Shown in pieces: positions 1-11,200 of a DNA stretch of 64,000 bases (the stretch's first letter is position 1; each line of letters begins with the position of its first letter). The stretch is from Candidatus Latescibacterota bacterium (GTDB lineage: Bacteria; Latescibacterota; UBA2968; GCA-2709665), in the NCBI GenBank assembly GCA_965208835.1, contig OZ242358.1, forward strand, positions 224,001 through 288,000, in the 5' to 3' direction. The translations under genes and the position numbers were made by a program. Under the pieces are notes generated by a model. The model saw only the letters and a program-made list of their open reading frames with translations, made no database searches and was not told the DNA's origin.

Positions 1-1404
1 CGATTTGAGACGGACCCAAAGGTTCTTGCAGTTAAGGACCGGCTGATGAGCCAGGCTGGCGAAGCCTTGTCTCACCTCCTTCTGAGCCGGCGCATGGTCA
101 GCTTCTATAGGTCGATGAGTGGATCAGTAGAGAAGGGTATGGACGACCGGAAGACACTATCTACAATTCTTGGTTACCCGGTATACCCCGTTCGAGGCGC
201 CTGGGAATACTGGATTTACTCGAAAGTCGATGGTGGCGTGGAAGTGACTTTTGTACAGGAACACGGGCCAGGCCCGGGCCCCTACAAGTACGCAGAGGTG
301 CCGCATGCGGGCTCCGCTATCTGGGTGGACGAGATCACAGGGCGAAACCCCGGCACCACCTTGTTGACTGACGGGCTAATGGATGAAATCCCTGATGCTT
401 GGATCGATACTTCGATAGATACTTCGATGTCGACTGACGAGCCAAAGGATGAAATCCTTCATCCTTCGAACGATACTTCGATCAAGTCAAATTTGATATG
501 GCAGCGAATGAACCCCGGTCTGGTGATGCATCGCGTGGCCCACAAGACGCCTGAGAATTACGAGCAGGATTTCGCGACTGCCCCCCTCGATTTCTTCTAT
601 GACTCGGCTCGATTCAAGGCAGATGACCGTTCGGTGAAACTGGAGGTGTACTATGGTATTCCCACGCCTGACCTTGACTACAGAGAAGGACCCGACGGAA
701 GGCTGACGGCATACGTGAAGCGGGGGCTGGCGCTGTACGACGAGGCTGACGAGCTGGTATATCGGTCGAGCGAGGATATGGAGCTGTACACGTCGGGACC
801 GATCGATACCACCCAGATCGCATTTGTGCCGGCAATGGACCGTATTACCGCGGCGCCCGGTACCTATCGACTGTCCGTGCAGATTCTGGACGCGTCTTCG
901 GATAAGTCCCAGGTCTACAACCGCGAAGTGGTTCTACATCCATATGGCGATGACTCGCTGAGGGTGAGTGATATCGAGATGGCGTCTTTGATCCGTCCAG
1001 GCCATGGCAGCAAATTCACAAAGGGTGAGATCGAGGTGGTACCCAATCCGAGCTTGTTCTATTTCGCGGGGCAGCCGGTGTTTGTCTATTACGAGGTGTA
1101 CAATCTGAAGAGAGATGAATTCGGTGCGACAAAGTACCGGGTATCGTACGAACTGCATTCGCTGAATAAGGGTAATCTGGCGGTCAGGGTGTTGAAGGCG
1201 CTTGGCAGGTTGGTCGGCATCGACAGAAAGGCTGAGGTCGTGACCGTGGAGTACGCGCACGAGGGAGACAAAGCCGATGAGTACGGATACCTGGAACTGG
1301 ACATGTCGAAAACCGATCCGGGGCATCAGTTGTTGATCGTCAAGGTTTTCGATGAACTTGCAGGTAGCCAGAAGTCCTCGGCGGTTTCGTTTGCAATTCG
1401 ATAA
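1..1404 (+). CDS. GWxTD-family secreted protein, C-terminal part (5' end lies outside the window)
   Basis: The frame is open from base 1 (RFETDPKVLAVKDRLM, matching RFETEARVLEVKERLV in the next gene). It shares GxPVYPV, WEYWIY, LEVYYGIP, SDIEMA and PVFVYYEVYNLKRDEFG with the downstream GWxTD paralogs. Confidence 0.85.
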   Translation, partial: RFETDPKVLAVKDRLMSQAGEALSHLLLSRRMVSFYRSMSGSVEKGMDDRKTLSTILGYPVYPVRGAWEYWIYSKVDGGVEVTFVQEHGPGPGPYKYAEVPHAGSAIWVDEITGRNPGTTLLTDGLMDEIPDAWIDTSIDTSMSTDEPKDEILHPSNDTSIKSNLIWQRMNPGLVMHRVAHKTPENYEQDFATAPLDFFYDSARFKADDRSVKLEVYYGIPTPDLDYREGPDGRLTAYVKRGLALYDEADELVYRSSEDMELYTSGPIDTTQIAFVPAMDRITAAPGTYRLSVQILDASSDKSQVYNREVVLHPYGDDSLRVSDIEMASLIRPGHGSKFTKGEIEVVPNPSLFYFAGQPVFVYYEVYNLKRDEFGATKYRVSYELHSLNKGNLAVRVLKALGRLVGIDRKAEVVTVEYAHEGDKADEYGYLELDMSKTDPGHQLLIVKVFDELAGSQKSSAVSFAIR

Positions 1405-1503
1405 AACGAGTCCAAAGGCATATTGCTTACTTCGAGAGGCATCGGAATGCAAAGACCGATAGATCGAGGACTGAATTTGCCCTTACGTCTATCAGGCATA
1501 TAG

Positions 1504-4029
1504 GTGGACGTTATGCGTTATCCATTCCTGAAGGTGATCTTGATGATGCAAGCCTTGGCATGGCAGCCGACTTTTCTGATCGCTGCCGTACTGACACTAC
1601 CCATCGCTTCGACGGACGCTCAATCCCGGGAGAACGCCAGCAAAAGTGACTCCCTTTATCAAATGGGAATGCAACTGTCAGAACAAGATTCGTTGGCCGC
1701 GGCGGTCGGGCAATTTCAGGCTGTAATAAAGTTGAACAAGAAACACGCCCCCGCGTTCGTGGGATTGGGCCATGTCTATCTGAAACGAGGTAACCTGAAG
1801 GATGCCGAGAAAGCCTTTCGAAAGGCTCTACGCAAACAGAAGGACTACCCGCCAGCTCTGAACGGATTGGGTCTGGTATTTCGGAATTCCGACAAAACGC
1901 TGGATTGGGCAATTGGATATTTCCGCAGTGCCTATCAGGCTGACCGCAGTTACGTGGAAGCGTACTACAACCTGGCCCAAACGTACCGTGAGATTGGCAA
2001 TACAAGGGAACTGGACGCGTACAAGAAACTGGTTAAGGTGGACCCGGATCATTCCGATGCATGGTTCCAGATTGGGAGAATTTACAAGAATAGAGGCGTG
2101 GGTCGGGCTCAAAATTTCCACGAAGCCGAAATAGCATTTCGGAGACAGCTACGAATTAATCGACACCACTTAGGGGCGAAATTACAACTTGGGCAGGTGT
2201 TGAAAGAAGCAGGACGCACGGATGAAGCATTTGCGATGCTCAAGGAAGTCGTGGATACGCCGAATGCCTATCAGCGGCGCGCGTTCCTGGAACTTGCGGA
2301 GATGTATCAGCGTGCGCGGAACGACGATCCGTTTGATGCGCAACTGGATGCGTACCTGGAAGGTCTGCCACCCAGCGAGCAGGCACTATACTACGATCTA
2401 AGCCTGGTGGTAATCAGGGATGAACTGTCCCGCTTCAAGGCGACGCCAGATGAAGAGCGCAAGGCGCAGTCTGAAAACTTCTGGGCGATTCGGGACCCCG
2501 CGCCGGTGACAGCGGCCAACGAAAGGTGGATAGAGCACTGCCGCCGGGTGGCGTATGCACGGGAGAATTTCGGCAAAGTCGTATTTCCGTGGGATGATCG
2601 TGGAGACGTGTACGTGCGCTATGGCGAGCCGGATCATACGAGTCGTTCGGATGACATTCGTTTCGAAACGGAGGCCAGAGTCCTGGAGGTAAAGGAACGG
2701 CTTGTCAACAGGGCGGGTTTGGGGATTGTCGGCTTAATTAAAAGCAGAGATGTGCAGTTGAATGAATATGGCGTAAGCTTGGATCCACGCGAAAGAGCTG
2801 TTAAGCCCCTCGGACCCATTGGTTCAATTCTTAGAGAACTCAGCGAGACAGGGGGCAATCGTACAACCGAATCCGAAAAGGACGGAGCACGGAAGGGTTC
2901 GATTGGTGTCGGCGTGTCGCGTAACGTGGTCAGCGCGATGAAGTCGGCTACCGTTTTGGGATGGCCTGTCTATCCCGTCACCGGCAAGATTTGGGAATAT
3001 TGGATTTATACAAATGTGGGTCCCGGGATCGAGATTACGTTTACGCAACCGTTTTTTCCCGGACCATTCGGCTATGCGGATATGCCACTGGGTATTGGGA
3101 CTGACAGTGACGTCGTGCGGAATTGGCAACAGATGAACCCGCATGTCGTCATTGACCGGGCTATCGCGTCAACACCTTCAACCTACAGCCCGGATTTTGC
3201 GTCAGAACCCATGGAGTTCTACTTCGATTCGGCGCAGTTCAAGGGGCCGGACGGTCGTACGGATATAGAGATCTATTATGGCGTTCCTGTCTCGGAAATG
3301 AAATTCCTGGAATCACAAGGTGGAGATCCCGCTGCGTTCCTCAAGCGTGGTGTCGCACTTGTGGACCGGGAACATGGGCAAGTTTATCGAGACGTTGAAG
3401 AAATGGCCTATTACTCAAAGGGAGTTTTAGATAGCACTAAAATTGCGTTCGTTCCGGAGCTTGACCGGCTCTCCTTGCCGCCGGGTAAATACCAGATGAG
3501 TGTGCAAATCAGAGACGAGTCTTCCCACAAGTCGCAGGTTTACAAACAACAGGTGACGCTCTCATCGTATGAGGGTGAGGGTCTGCGGTTGAGCGACATT
3601 CAAATGGCGGCATCTATTCGCCCAAATATTGGAGTCAAATTCGCCAAGCGCGGATTGGAAGTCGTACCCAATCCCAGCCTGGCCTATCTGCCCGGGCAGC
3701 CCGTGTTTGTTTTTTACGAGGTGTACAACCTTAAAAAGGATGAATTCGGAGGCACGAAGTATCGAGTATCGTACAAACTCCATTCCACGGAGCAGGGGAA
3801 TCTGGCCGTCAGGGTGCTGAAAGCACTTGGACGGATGGTCGGAAAACAGGAGAAAGCTCGGACAGTTATTATTGAATATGAGCATGTTGGCAACCAAGCC
3901 AACGATTATGTATATCTGGAACTGGATATGTCCAATACGAAGCCCGGAAGGCAGCTGCTGACAGTTACTGTAAAGGATGAGAATTCCAGCCAAACATCGG
4001 CCTCTTCTGCGACGTTCACGATCCGATGA
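1504..4029 (+). CDS. TPR + GWxTD domain + C-terminal Ig-like domains, predicted secreted protein
   Basis: 841-aa ORF with a hydrophobic N-terminus and TPR-like repeats (AFVGLGHVYLKRGNLKDAEKAFRKAL). Carries FWAIRDP..NER..EH.RRVAYA..F and PWDDRGDVYVRYGEPD, a variant of the GWxTD motif. The exact start codon is uncertain. Confidence 0.85.
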   Translation: MDVMRYPFLKVILMMQALAWQPTFLIAAVLTLPIASTDAQSRENASKSDSLYQMGMQLSEQDSLAAAVGQFQAVIKLNKKHAPAFVGLGHVYLKRGNLKDAEKAFRKALRKQKDYPPALNGLGLVFRNSDKTLDWAIGYFRSAYQADRSYVEAYYNLAQTYREIGNTRELDAYKKLVKVDPDHSDAWFQIGRIYKNRGVGRAQNFHEAEIAFRRQLRINRHHLGAKLQLGQVLKEAGRTDEAFAMLKEVVDTPNAYQRRAFLELAEMYQRARNDDPFDAQLDAYLEGLPPSEQALYYDLSLVVIRDELSRFKATPDEERKAQSENFWAIRDPAPVTAANERWIEHCRRVAYARENFGKVVFPWDDRGDVYVRYGEPDHTSRSDDIRFETEARVLEVKERLVNRAGLGIVGLIKSRDVQLNEYGVSLDPRERAVKPLGPIGSILRELSETGGNRTTESEKDGARKGSIGVGVSRNVVSAMKSATVLGWPVYPVTGKIWEYWIYTNVGPGIEITFTQPFFPGPFGYADMPLGIGTDSDVVRNWQQMNPHVVIDRAIASTPSTYSPDFASEPMEFYFDSAQFKGPDGRTDIEIYYGVPVSEMKFLESQGGDPAAFLKRGVALVDREHGQVYRDVEEMAYYSKGVLDSTKIAFVPELDRLSLPPGKYQMSVQIRDESSHKSQVYKQQVTLSSYEGEGLRLSDIQMAASIRPNIGVKFAKRGLEVVPNPSLAYLPGQPVFVFYEVYNLKKDEFGGTKYRVSYKLHSTEQGNLAVRVLKALGRMVGKQEKARTVIIEYEHVGNQANDYVYLELDMSNTKPGRQLLTVTVKDENSSQTSASSATFTIR

Positions 4030-4101
4030 TGATATGCTTCGAATATATCGATTTAACAGAAGGAATTATACCCAAGTTGGCTATTCACGGTACCGTATTA
4101 C

Positions 4102-6651
4102 GTGACTGCGGGATCTGATCACAATCGACCGGACAATTGCTTCGGGCATCGTGCGCGCCTGTTGCGACGGCCGACAGTATCAAAATTCCACGCTGCGGAG
4201 TTCATGGGGCTTGTAGTGCCGAACTTGCGAATTATCGATAGGCTCAAACGCCGCACAAGGTTGACTACAATGGCCTTTGTGTTCCTTTGTCTGGGAATCT
4301 GTCTCGTCGCGCCGGTCGCCTCTGGGGAGAAGCAGATCGCTGAGGATCTCTTTGAAACGGCGATGGAGCAGGTCGGTCGTGTTTCCGCTAAAAAGAGTAT
4401 CAAAGCCCTCCAGCGAGTATTGAGGGCGGACCCGGACTTCGCACGAGCCCATTACGAAATCGCGAAGCTGTATATGTCCCTCGACACGTCGATGGATCGC
4501 TATGTTGCAATGAAGGCGGTTAATACGGCCATTCGTCTGAACAAAGACAATGTCGCCTACCGTGTATTAAAGGCGGATATTCTGTGGACGCAGGGATTTT
4601 GGCACAATGCCGTAGCCGAGTACAAGAATGTCCTGAAACTGGATCCTGAAAACGCGAACGCAGCCTATATGATCGGCCACCATGGCGTCAAGGACTTTCT
4701 GAAAAATTACGATATGTCCATGATGAACATGGTATCCGGATTCAGTCGGAGAGAACATACACGTACCAGACATTCGTGGAGAGATTTCGGCATTGAGGAA
4801 CTGGATGAAGCCGTCACGTATCTGAAGACCTGCATTGAAGCAGATCCCATGTTCAAGGATGCGTATTTCCAGCTCGGGCTTGCCTGCCTGGAGACAAACC
4901 GGCCGGTCGAATTGATCCGGGTGGCAAACCTGCTTTTGGAGCGCGTCCCTGATGACAAGGATGCGTTGCTCTTCTGCGGGCTTGGATACCAGAGATTGGG
5001 CGAAGAAGCGCTGGCGAATGAGTTCTATTCCCGGGCGCTGCATAGAATGTCGCCGGATGAGCGGGCGATGATGGAATCCGTAGACAGTATTGTGCCGGAT
5101 GATGGCCGCGCAAAGTTCGAAGGCGTACCCGGCGGGACCGAGGCAGGCCGAGACGAGATTCAACCCTGGGTGGATAGCGTCGAGCGGGTCCGGTTCTGGC
5201 GGCGGCAGGATCCGCTGTTCCTGACGGAATTCAATGAACGCCGCACGGAACACTACGGCCGGGTAGCCTATGCAAATCTGAGGTTCAGCCGGCCCTCGAA
5301 GGGCATTGCCGGTTGGCGGACGGATATGGGACGAGTCTATATCAAGCTGGGAAGATATCTCCACCGGCGAATGCAGCGGCCGGAAACAGGTTCGGTCATT
5401 GCAATAGACAGGCCCAGCACGTTTGGCAGATACCTGCCGGGACGGAGGATAGCCTGGAGGCTGCAAATGCAGAAAGAGACGTGGTTCTACGAGGGATTTC
5501 GGGTCGACTTTCAGATATCCGATGGCTTCCACGGCTTCTCTCCGTCTCGTCTGCCTGATCGAACGCGGTATGTCGATCCCTATGGTCCAAGGAAATACAG
5601 CGTGCCCCACCAGGTCGCGAGCTTCAGGGACGGGGACAGTCTTCGCGTGGAGCTGGCGTATGCGCTGCCGAGATTCAATCTGGCCGTATCGGATTCGGAC
5701 AGGAGCATTGGCCTGGAGAATGGTGTCTTTCTCTTCAGTGAGCAATGGGACGAGGTTTATCGGAAGCGTTCGGATCTCAAACTGCGGTGGCCCGAGATAT
5801 CCCCGAGCGGATTTCCCGCTGCGGACAGCCTGCGAAAGAGCCATCTGGTATTTCAGATCGCATTCGGGCTGTCCCCTGGCGCTTACAATCTGGTGGGTGA
5901 GGTGCGGGACCGGAAGCGGGGGTCAATCGGGACCTTCCGGCAGCGCCGCGAGTTCGTGCCGGTGGACGCTTCGCTGTCTATGAGCGATCTGCTGCTGGCG
6001 GCGCAGATTGAAACGCGAACGGCGTTTCCGGAGGGGCGGTCGGACCTGGACATTGTGGCAAATCCACTGCGGACCTACCACCGGTCCGAACCCGCGTTCA
6101 TCTACCTGGAGGTGTATAACCTCGAGCGGGACGAATTCGGCCGTTCGGAGTATCAGATTGCTTATCGAATAGGACAGCCGGCGAGGAAGAAGGTCGATCC
6201 GTACCTGTTCCTTGCGCAGCGGTTGCCCGAGGGCGGGAGGCGATTGGAGGTCACGCGTGATATCAGGACTATTGACACAGGCATACGCCGGCCGGAGCGA
6301 GTGGCCGAGGAGGAAGATGAGCCGCAAGAGGATTTGCCGGTCACGACGCCAATAGTAGTCCCGGACTATTTCGACGCGCAAAAGAGGGATGAGATCACGT
6401 ATCGGGCAAGGTTTGTGTTTCCGGATGAGGATAAAATCGCCAGCCGGATCAAGAAGATGGGCAGAAGCAAGGAGGGCGTGGAGACGACGATCACGGCCCG
6501 GTACGAGGGCAACCGGGAGGACGACTTCACGTATCTGCAGATCGACCTGACCCACGTGCCTGCCGGCGTACACCGCCTGTCGATTCGCGTCAGGGACATG
6601 CATAGTGATCAGGTAGTCTCACGCGATACGTTGTTTCGCGTGATTGATTGA
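4102..6651 (+). CDS. TPR + GWxTD domain protein
   Basis: Motifs FWRRQDP..T.FNERRTEHYGRVAYANLRF and GWRTDMGRVYIKLG, plus TPR-like repeats and a C-terminal SDLLLA / YLEVYNLERDEFG domain. The true start is probably downstream, near the hydrophobic segment MAFVFLCLGICLVAPVASG (~4270). Confidence 0.85.
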   Translation: MTAGSDHNRPDNCFGHRARLLRRPTVSKFHAAEFMGLVVPNLRIIDRLKRRTRLTTMAFVFLCLGICLVAPVASGEKQIAEDLFETAMEQVGRVSAKKSIKALQRVLRADPDFARAHYEIAKLYMSLDTSMDRYVAMKAVNTAIRLNKDNVAYRVLKADILWTQGFWHNAVAEYKNVLKLDPENANAAYMIGHHGVKDFLKNYDMSMMNMVSGFSRREHTRTRHSWRDFGIEELDEAVTYLKTCIEADPMFKDAYFQLGLACLETNRPVELIRVANLLLERVPDDKDALLFCGLGYQRLGEEALANEFYSRALHRMSPDERAMMESVDSIVPDDGRAKFEGVPGGTEAGRDEIQPWVDSVERVRFWRRQDPLFLTEFNERRTEHYGRVAYANLRFSRPSKGIAGWRTDMGRVYIKLGRYLHRRMQRPETGSVIAIDRPSTFGRYLPGRRIAWRLQMQKETWFYEGFRVDFQISDGFHGFSPSRLPDRTRYVDPYGPRKYSVPHQVASFRDGDSLRVELAYALPRFNLAVSDSDRSIGLENGVFLFSEQWDEVYRKRSDLKLRWPEISPSGFPAADSLRKSHLVFQIAFGLSPGAYNLVGEVRDRKRGSIGTFRQRREFVPVDASLSMSDLLLAAQIETRTAFPEGRSDLDIVANPLRTYHRSEPAFIYLEVYNLERDEFGRSEYQIAYRIGQPARKKVDPYLFLAQRLPEGGRRLEVTRDIRTIDTGIRRPERVAEEEDEPQEDLPVTTPIVVPDYFDAQKRDEITYRARFVFPDEDKIASRIKKMGRSKEGVETTITARYEGNREDDFTYLQIDLTHVPAGVHRLSIRVRDMHSDQVVSRDTLFRVID

Positions 6652-6699
6652 ATATCCACATCGTCCCTCGATGTCGAGATACCTGGGTTGCTCGAAGTC

Positions 6700-6723
6700 C
6701 GAGGGCAGGGATGCCCTCGCTCC
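6700..6723. repeat. Single REP-like palindrome
   Basis: cgagggcagggatgccctcgctcc hairpin. Confidence 0.55.
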
Positions 6724-6812
6724 GGATACTGGTGGATGATGTCGTGATAGAGAGAAGATTGCCTTCGGTCGCCGGGCTCGTGTCGAATTCGGAATGAGTG
6801 GAGGATCGCAAT

Positions 6813-7901
6813 ATGCCAGCCAAACCATTGACATTGATCGTTCTCTTTCTGTGTTTCCCGGCATGCGGATCAGATTCGCCGGCGTCGTCAGATCCATCCG
6901 GCGAGTCTGAGGTGTTCAAAGTCATTGGGACCATGACCACGACCCGGTTTTTTCACACGTCGACGTTGCTGAACGACGGGCGGGTGCTGATCACGGGCGG
7001 CTATGAAACGGACCATCCGGGTCATTCGTCCCCTGAGTTCAGGCACGCTACGGCGGAGTTGTTCGATCCGGTTAAGGGGACCTCGGTGGCAACGGGTGAT
7101 ATGTCGCAGTCACGCTCACAGCACAGGGCAATCCCCTTGCTGGATGGTCGGGTCATCATCAAAGGTAACGATCTCTATCCCCCGGACATCTACGACCCGA
7201 AATCCGGAAAATTCGCGATCATGGCGGACGCGGCCGAATTCGGACGAAGTGTCGCTACGACGATTCTTTCGACGGGAGACATTTTCGTGTCCGATAAAGG
7301 GGGCAACGCGGGCATTCTCGATCAGAATACCTGGGAGTTCACTTCATCTGACAGGATGATCGCCCCCAGAACGAACCATTCGGCCACGCTTCTGCGAGAT
7401 GGCCGCATTCTCATCGCCGGCGGGATGAATGATGTCGGCATGGTCGAGAGATCCGAAATTTACGATCCCACAACCCATTCCTTTGCAGAAGCTGGCGGTT
7501 TGAACGACGAACGATGGGGACACGAGGCATTTCTTCTCCAGGACGGCAGGGTATTGGTCATAGGCGGGCGCCGGGGCATAATCGAAGTGGAAGACGTGCG
7601 GAATGTAACGACGGCCGAGATGTTCGATCCGGTAACAGGCGTGTTTGCGCCGTCGGGCGACACGGGACTATCGTCCATCGATTCCGCCTACCTGCTGCCC
7701 ACCGGAAAGGTGTTCCTTCTGTCTGGCAGAGACGTCGCGATTTACGATCCATCCACAGGCACTGCCAACCGTACGGGACACAGCATCGGCCAGAATCGAT
7801 TGCTGTACACCATAACGCCTCTCAAAGACGGTCGGATCATGGTTTCGGGAGGCCTGAAGGATCTTCTTTCGACGGATGAAGTGTTGGTGTACAGGCCATA
7901 G
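6813..7901 (+). CDS. Kelch/galactose-oxidase-type beta-propeller lipoprotein (K1)
   Basis: GGAGG RBS before ATG 6813, lipobox-like FPAC-GSD, and repeated RxxHxATLLxDGRVLIxGG...AExFDP blades. Confidence 0.85.
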   Translation: MPAKPLTLIVLFLCFPACGSDSPASSDPSGESEVFKVIGTMTTTRFFHTSTLLNDGRVLITGGYETDHPGHSSPEFRHATAELFDPVKGTSVATGDMSQSRSQHRAIPLLDGRVIIKGNDLYPPDIYDPKSGKFAIMADAAEFGRSVATTILSTGDIFVSDKGGNAGILDQNTWEFTSSDRMIAPRTNHSATLLRDGRILIAGGMNDVGMVERSEIYDPTTHSFAEAGGLNDERWGHEAFLLQDGRVLVIGGRRGIIEVEDVRNVTTAEMFDPVTGVFAPSGDTGLSSIDSAYLLPTGKVFLLSGRDVAIYDPSTGTANRTGHSIGQNRLLYTITPLKDGRIMVSGGLKDLLSTDEVLVYRP

Positions 7902-7950
7902 CGTGTCAATGTTCTGTGCTGCCGGAGGAGGGGGTCGAAAAAAGGCGGTT

Positions 7951-8072
7951 AGACGGGAGCCGGTAGACGGGAGAAGAGGCCCTTGCCGATTTGTTCCTCC
8001 GACTTGCCTGCGGCATGAGAAGAAACCCGTTACGGCGTCCGATCTCTACCCTCTTTCGTCTCCCCTCTCCCC
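7951..8072 (-). repeat. Heptamer-flanked interspersed element, subfamily A copy 1
   Basis: Reverse complement of the elements at ~31136 and ~33716. Confidence 0.88.
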
Positions 8073-8114
8073 GATTCTCAGGGGCCGGGGGAGGGGTCGC
8101 CATCCCCAAAGCGC

Positions 8115-8143
8115 TTGCACTGCCGGTTGAAACTGCATAACAT
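8115..8143 (+). promoter_or_regulatory. Possible sigma70-type promoter for the 8221 gene
   Basis: TTGCAC - 17 bp - TAACAT. Confidence 0.3.
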
Positions 8144-8220
8144 GCTGGATCGGAACGGGGTACGATGACGAAGGGGAACGATAGCAGACACGACGTTTCG
8201 GTTCGTATGAGGTTGATGAC

Positions 8221-11200
8221 ATGGTATCATTTCTTGAATCGACCCGTGTGGGATTGTGGCGATTGGCTTTGTTCGCGACCGTGATCATTACGGCGTCTTT
8301 CCCTCTTGAGAATCTCGATGCTCAGGTTCGTCAGACCGCGGTATCGGCCTCCAGCGGCGGGCAGACCGCGTGGGCGATCGGGATGGAAACCGGTTCCTCC
8401 GCCATCACCGAAATCTGGGTCGAAACCCCGGGAAGCCAGCCTCGCCATCTCGGCACCTTTCCCGGCCCGCCCGGGCGCCTCGAGTGGGTTGCTGGCGGGA
8501 AACGGCTTCGCTATCGGGATAGACCCTTACGGGTCCCCCTGCATACGCTTACCATGCTTCCGGAGCGGTCCGTACCGCTGGTACCACCCGGTGTATGGGA
8601 GATCTCCATCCGGGACGGGTCGATTGCACGATCGAAAGGTGCTGTCGGTGCGGAACATGGAACGCCGCCGGTTGTGGCGGCCGGAAGCCCGCCGCGACCG
8701 GGACCCGCTGCAAAGGCGGTGCTGTGGGGCGTCGCGGCGGTATTCAACGCCTCGGCCCTGGCCTATACGACCGTGCATCGTTGGGAATTCCGATCGGCGG
8801 TGAAGCGTTTTCGGAATGCCTCCCGGGCATGGGCGGCCCTGTATCTCAGATTCAAAAAGCATGGGCTCTACGAAGAGCCGGTCCTGTCCTACGCGGAGGC
8901 GCTGGCCGCAACCGCCAGGAAGGCCGGTGGAAAGCGAGGCGCCCGCTGGGTCTGCCAGGACCATCTGACCGTCATTGGAGACGCCCTTTTCGCCTATGAA
9001 CATGCACACGAAAACCAGCGGCCGTCGGATCTGGCGGCGCTCAAGGACTGGATAGAAACCAAAACGCTGACGCCAGCGGACTCTATCGTCATGAAGACGC
9101 TGTTTCGCTCGGCGATGGACCCCGATAAGAAGCGCCGGTTCAGCTACACACACGGATACCGTCCTGAAGCGGAGGACGGCGAAGCCGTTGTCACCAGCTT
9201 CTTCCACAACGGCTACCTGGTTGAGGCCGTCCGCAGCGGCGCGGGATATCGTACCGTCGACCGGCGCGTGGGCAGGGCGCAGGTCGATTCCCTCCTCAAC
9301 CTCGGTACGGACCTCACCCCGATCGATCCGCCCAGGGCGATTTCCACCCTGGAAATCCTCGCCGGCGTAGCTCAGGACTACGCCCTCGGGCACAGCAGGC
9401 TCGGGTTTGCCTATCTGGAGGCCGAGAAGCTGGAACGCGCCATTAAGTCCTTCGAGCGCGCGATCGAGTGCGAACACACGCTGGCCGAGGCCTACTACGG
9501 GCTGGGGCTCACCTTCCGCAAGTGGCCGAGGGGAAATTACGACGCCATACGCTATTTCCAGAAAGCCCTTCAGTACGACCGGGGCCACGTGGAATCCCGG
9601 TTCAATATTGCCGATATCCGATATAAACTGGACGAACACGACGTACGGCGGGAAGTCAACAAAGTACTGGCAATTGACCCCCGCTACGCCCCCGCCTATT
9701 TGCTGATGGGTAAGTGGGTGGAGGAATTCGAGAAAGACTACGAGAGAGCCGCGTTCTACTACGCGAAATATATGGGTTTGCGGCCCGGCGACCCGGAGGG
9801 GCGGAAGCGGCTGGGATCGATCTATCTGAGAACGAAGGACTACGGCCGTATCCTTGAAGTCCTGGAGGATTACGCCTTACAGAATCCGGACGACAACCAG
9901 GTCTTGCCCATCCTCGCCCAGGCCTGCATGAAACTGGGGGCCTACGACAGGGCCGCCGCCTTTTTCAGAGACTATCTTGAAAGGGCCGACTCGGCCGAGA
10001 AGGGGCACTACAACGATATCCGGCTGGTTGCGCCTAAGGAGACGCTGGCGGCCTTCGAACAGACGCCGCTGGAAGAACGATGGGACTTTGTGAGGAAGTT
10101 CTGGGCAGACCAGGACCCTGACCTGACCACGGCGGCGAACGAGCGCCTCCTGGAGCACTATCGGCGGGTGTCGTTCGCCATGCAGAATTTCTCCGATGGC
10201 AGGCAGCCGTGGGACCAGCGCGGCGAAGTCTACATCCGTTTCGGCGAACCCGACCACCGCTCCACCTACAAAGAGTTGAACTTCCAGCAGTCCATGGCGG
10301 TTCAGCGGGTCAAGGAACGTCTTTCCAGGACGCTCTACGGGGCCGCGCGCCCTCCGCGCCGCGGAATCGGCCTTCGCGGCGCCAGCTCAACATTCGTCGG
10401 TCCGGTCTACCCCGTGCGCAGCCTGGGCGGCAGGGGTCGAGGGGGGTCCTACAGACCGGTCACCGCGACGTTCGACGGTTCGATGGTCCCGTGGGAAACA
10501 TGGACGTACGTCGACGTGGGCAGCGGAATCGAGATTACCTTTACAGACGAGTTCAGCAACGGAAACTACAACTATGCGCCCGAACCGCTGGATGCCCGGA
10601 TTCCTGCCCGCCGGCTGGCCATGTTCACACGCTACAGCCCCCGCAACATCTACCGCATGGCCGCAGCGGCACAGCCGAACTACTTCGTACGGCCGAAAAA
10701 CACGCTGCCGATGGAGTTCTATTTCAACTCGGCCGATTTCAGGGGTGAAACGGATTTCCGGACGGCGCTGGAAGTCTACGTGGGGATACCGCGGCACCAG
10801 GGGCACTATATGATCGATGACGACCGGACGGAAATAATGGTGGACCGGACCGTGGCGCTGCGGAATCCGACAACCGGCGCTGTCTACAGGAGCGAGGACA
10901 AGGTGAATTTCGCGGCGAAAGGGGACGTGACCGCGGAACGGAGCGCGTTCGTTCCGGACCTCGCGCGCATGGACGTGCCCCCCGGGCGCTACCGGATGGA
11001 AGTGAAAATAAAGGACAACCTGTCCGTACAGCACGGGCGGTATCGTCAGGACATTGAAATCGAGTCCTATGAACGGGACAGCCTCCAGGTGAGCGACCTG
11101 GAACTGGCCTGGCGGATTTCCAGCCGCAAGGACGAGGACAAATTCAACAAGGGCGCGCTGTGGGTCATTCCGATGCCAACGCGGACCTACCGGGTGGGCC

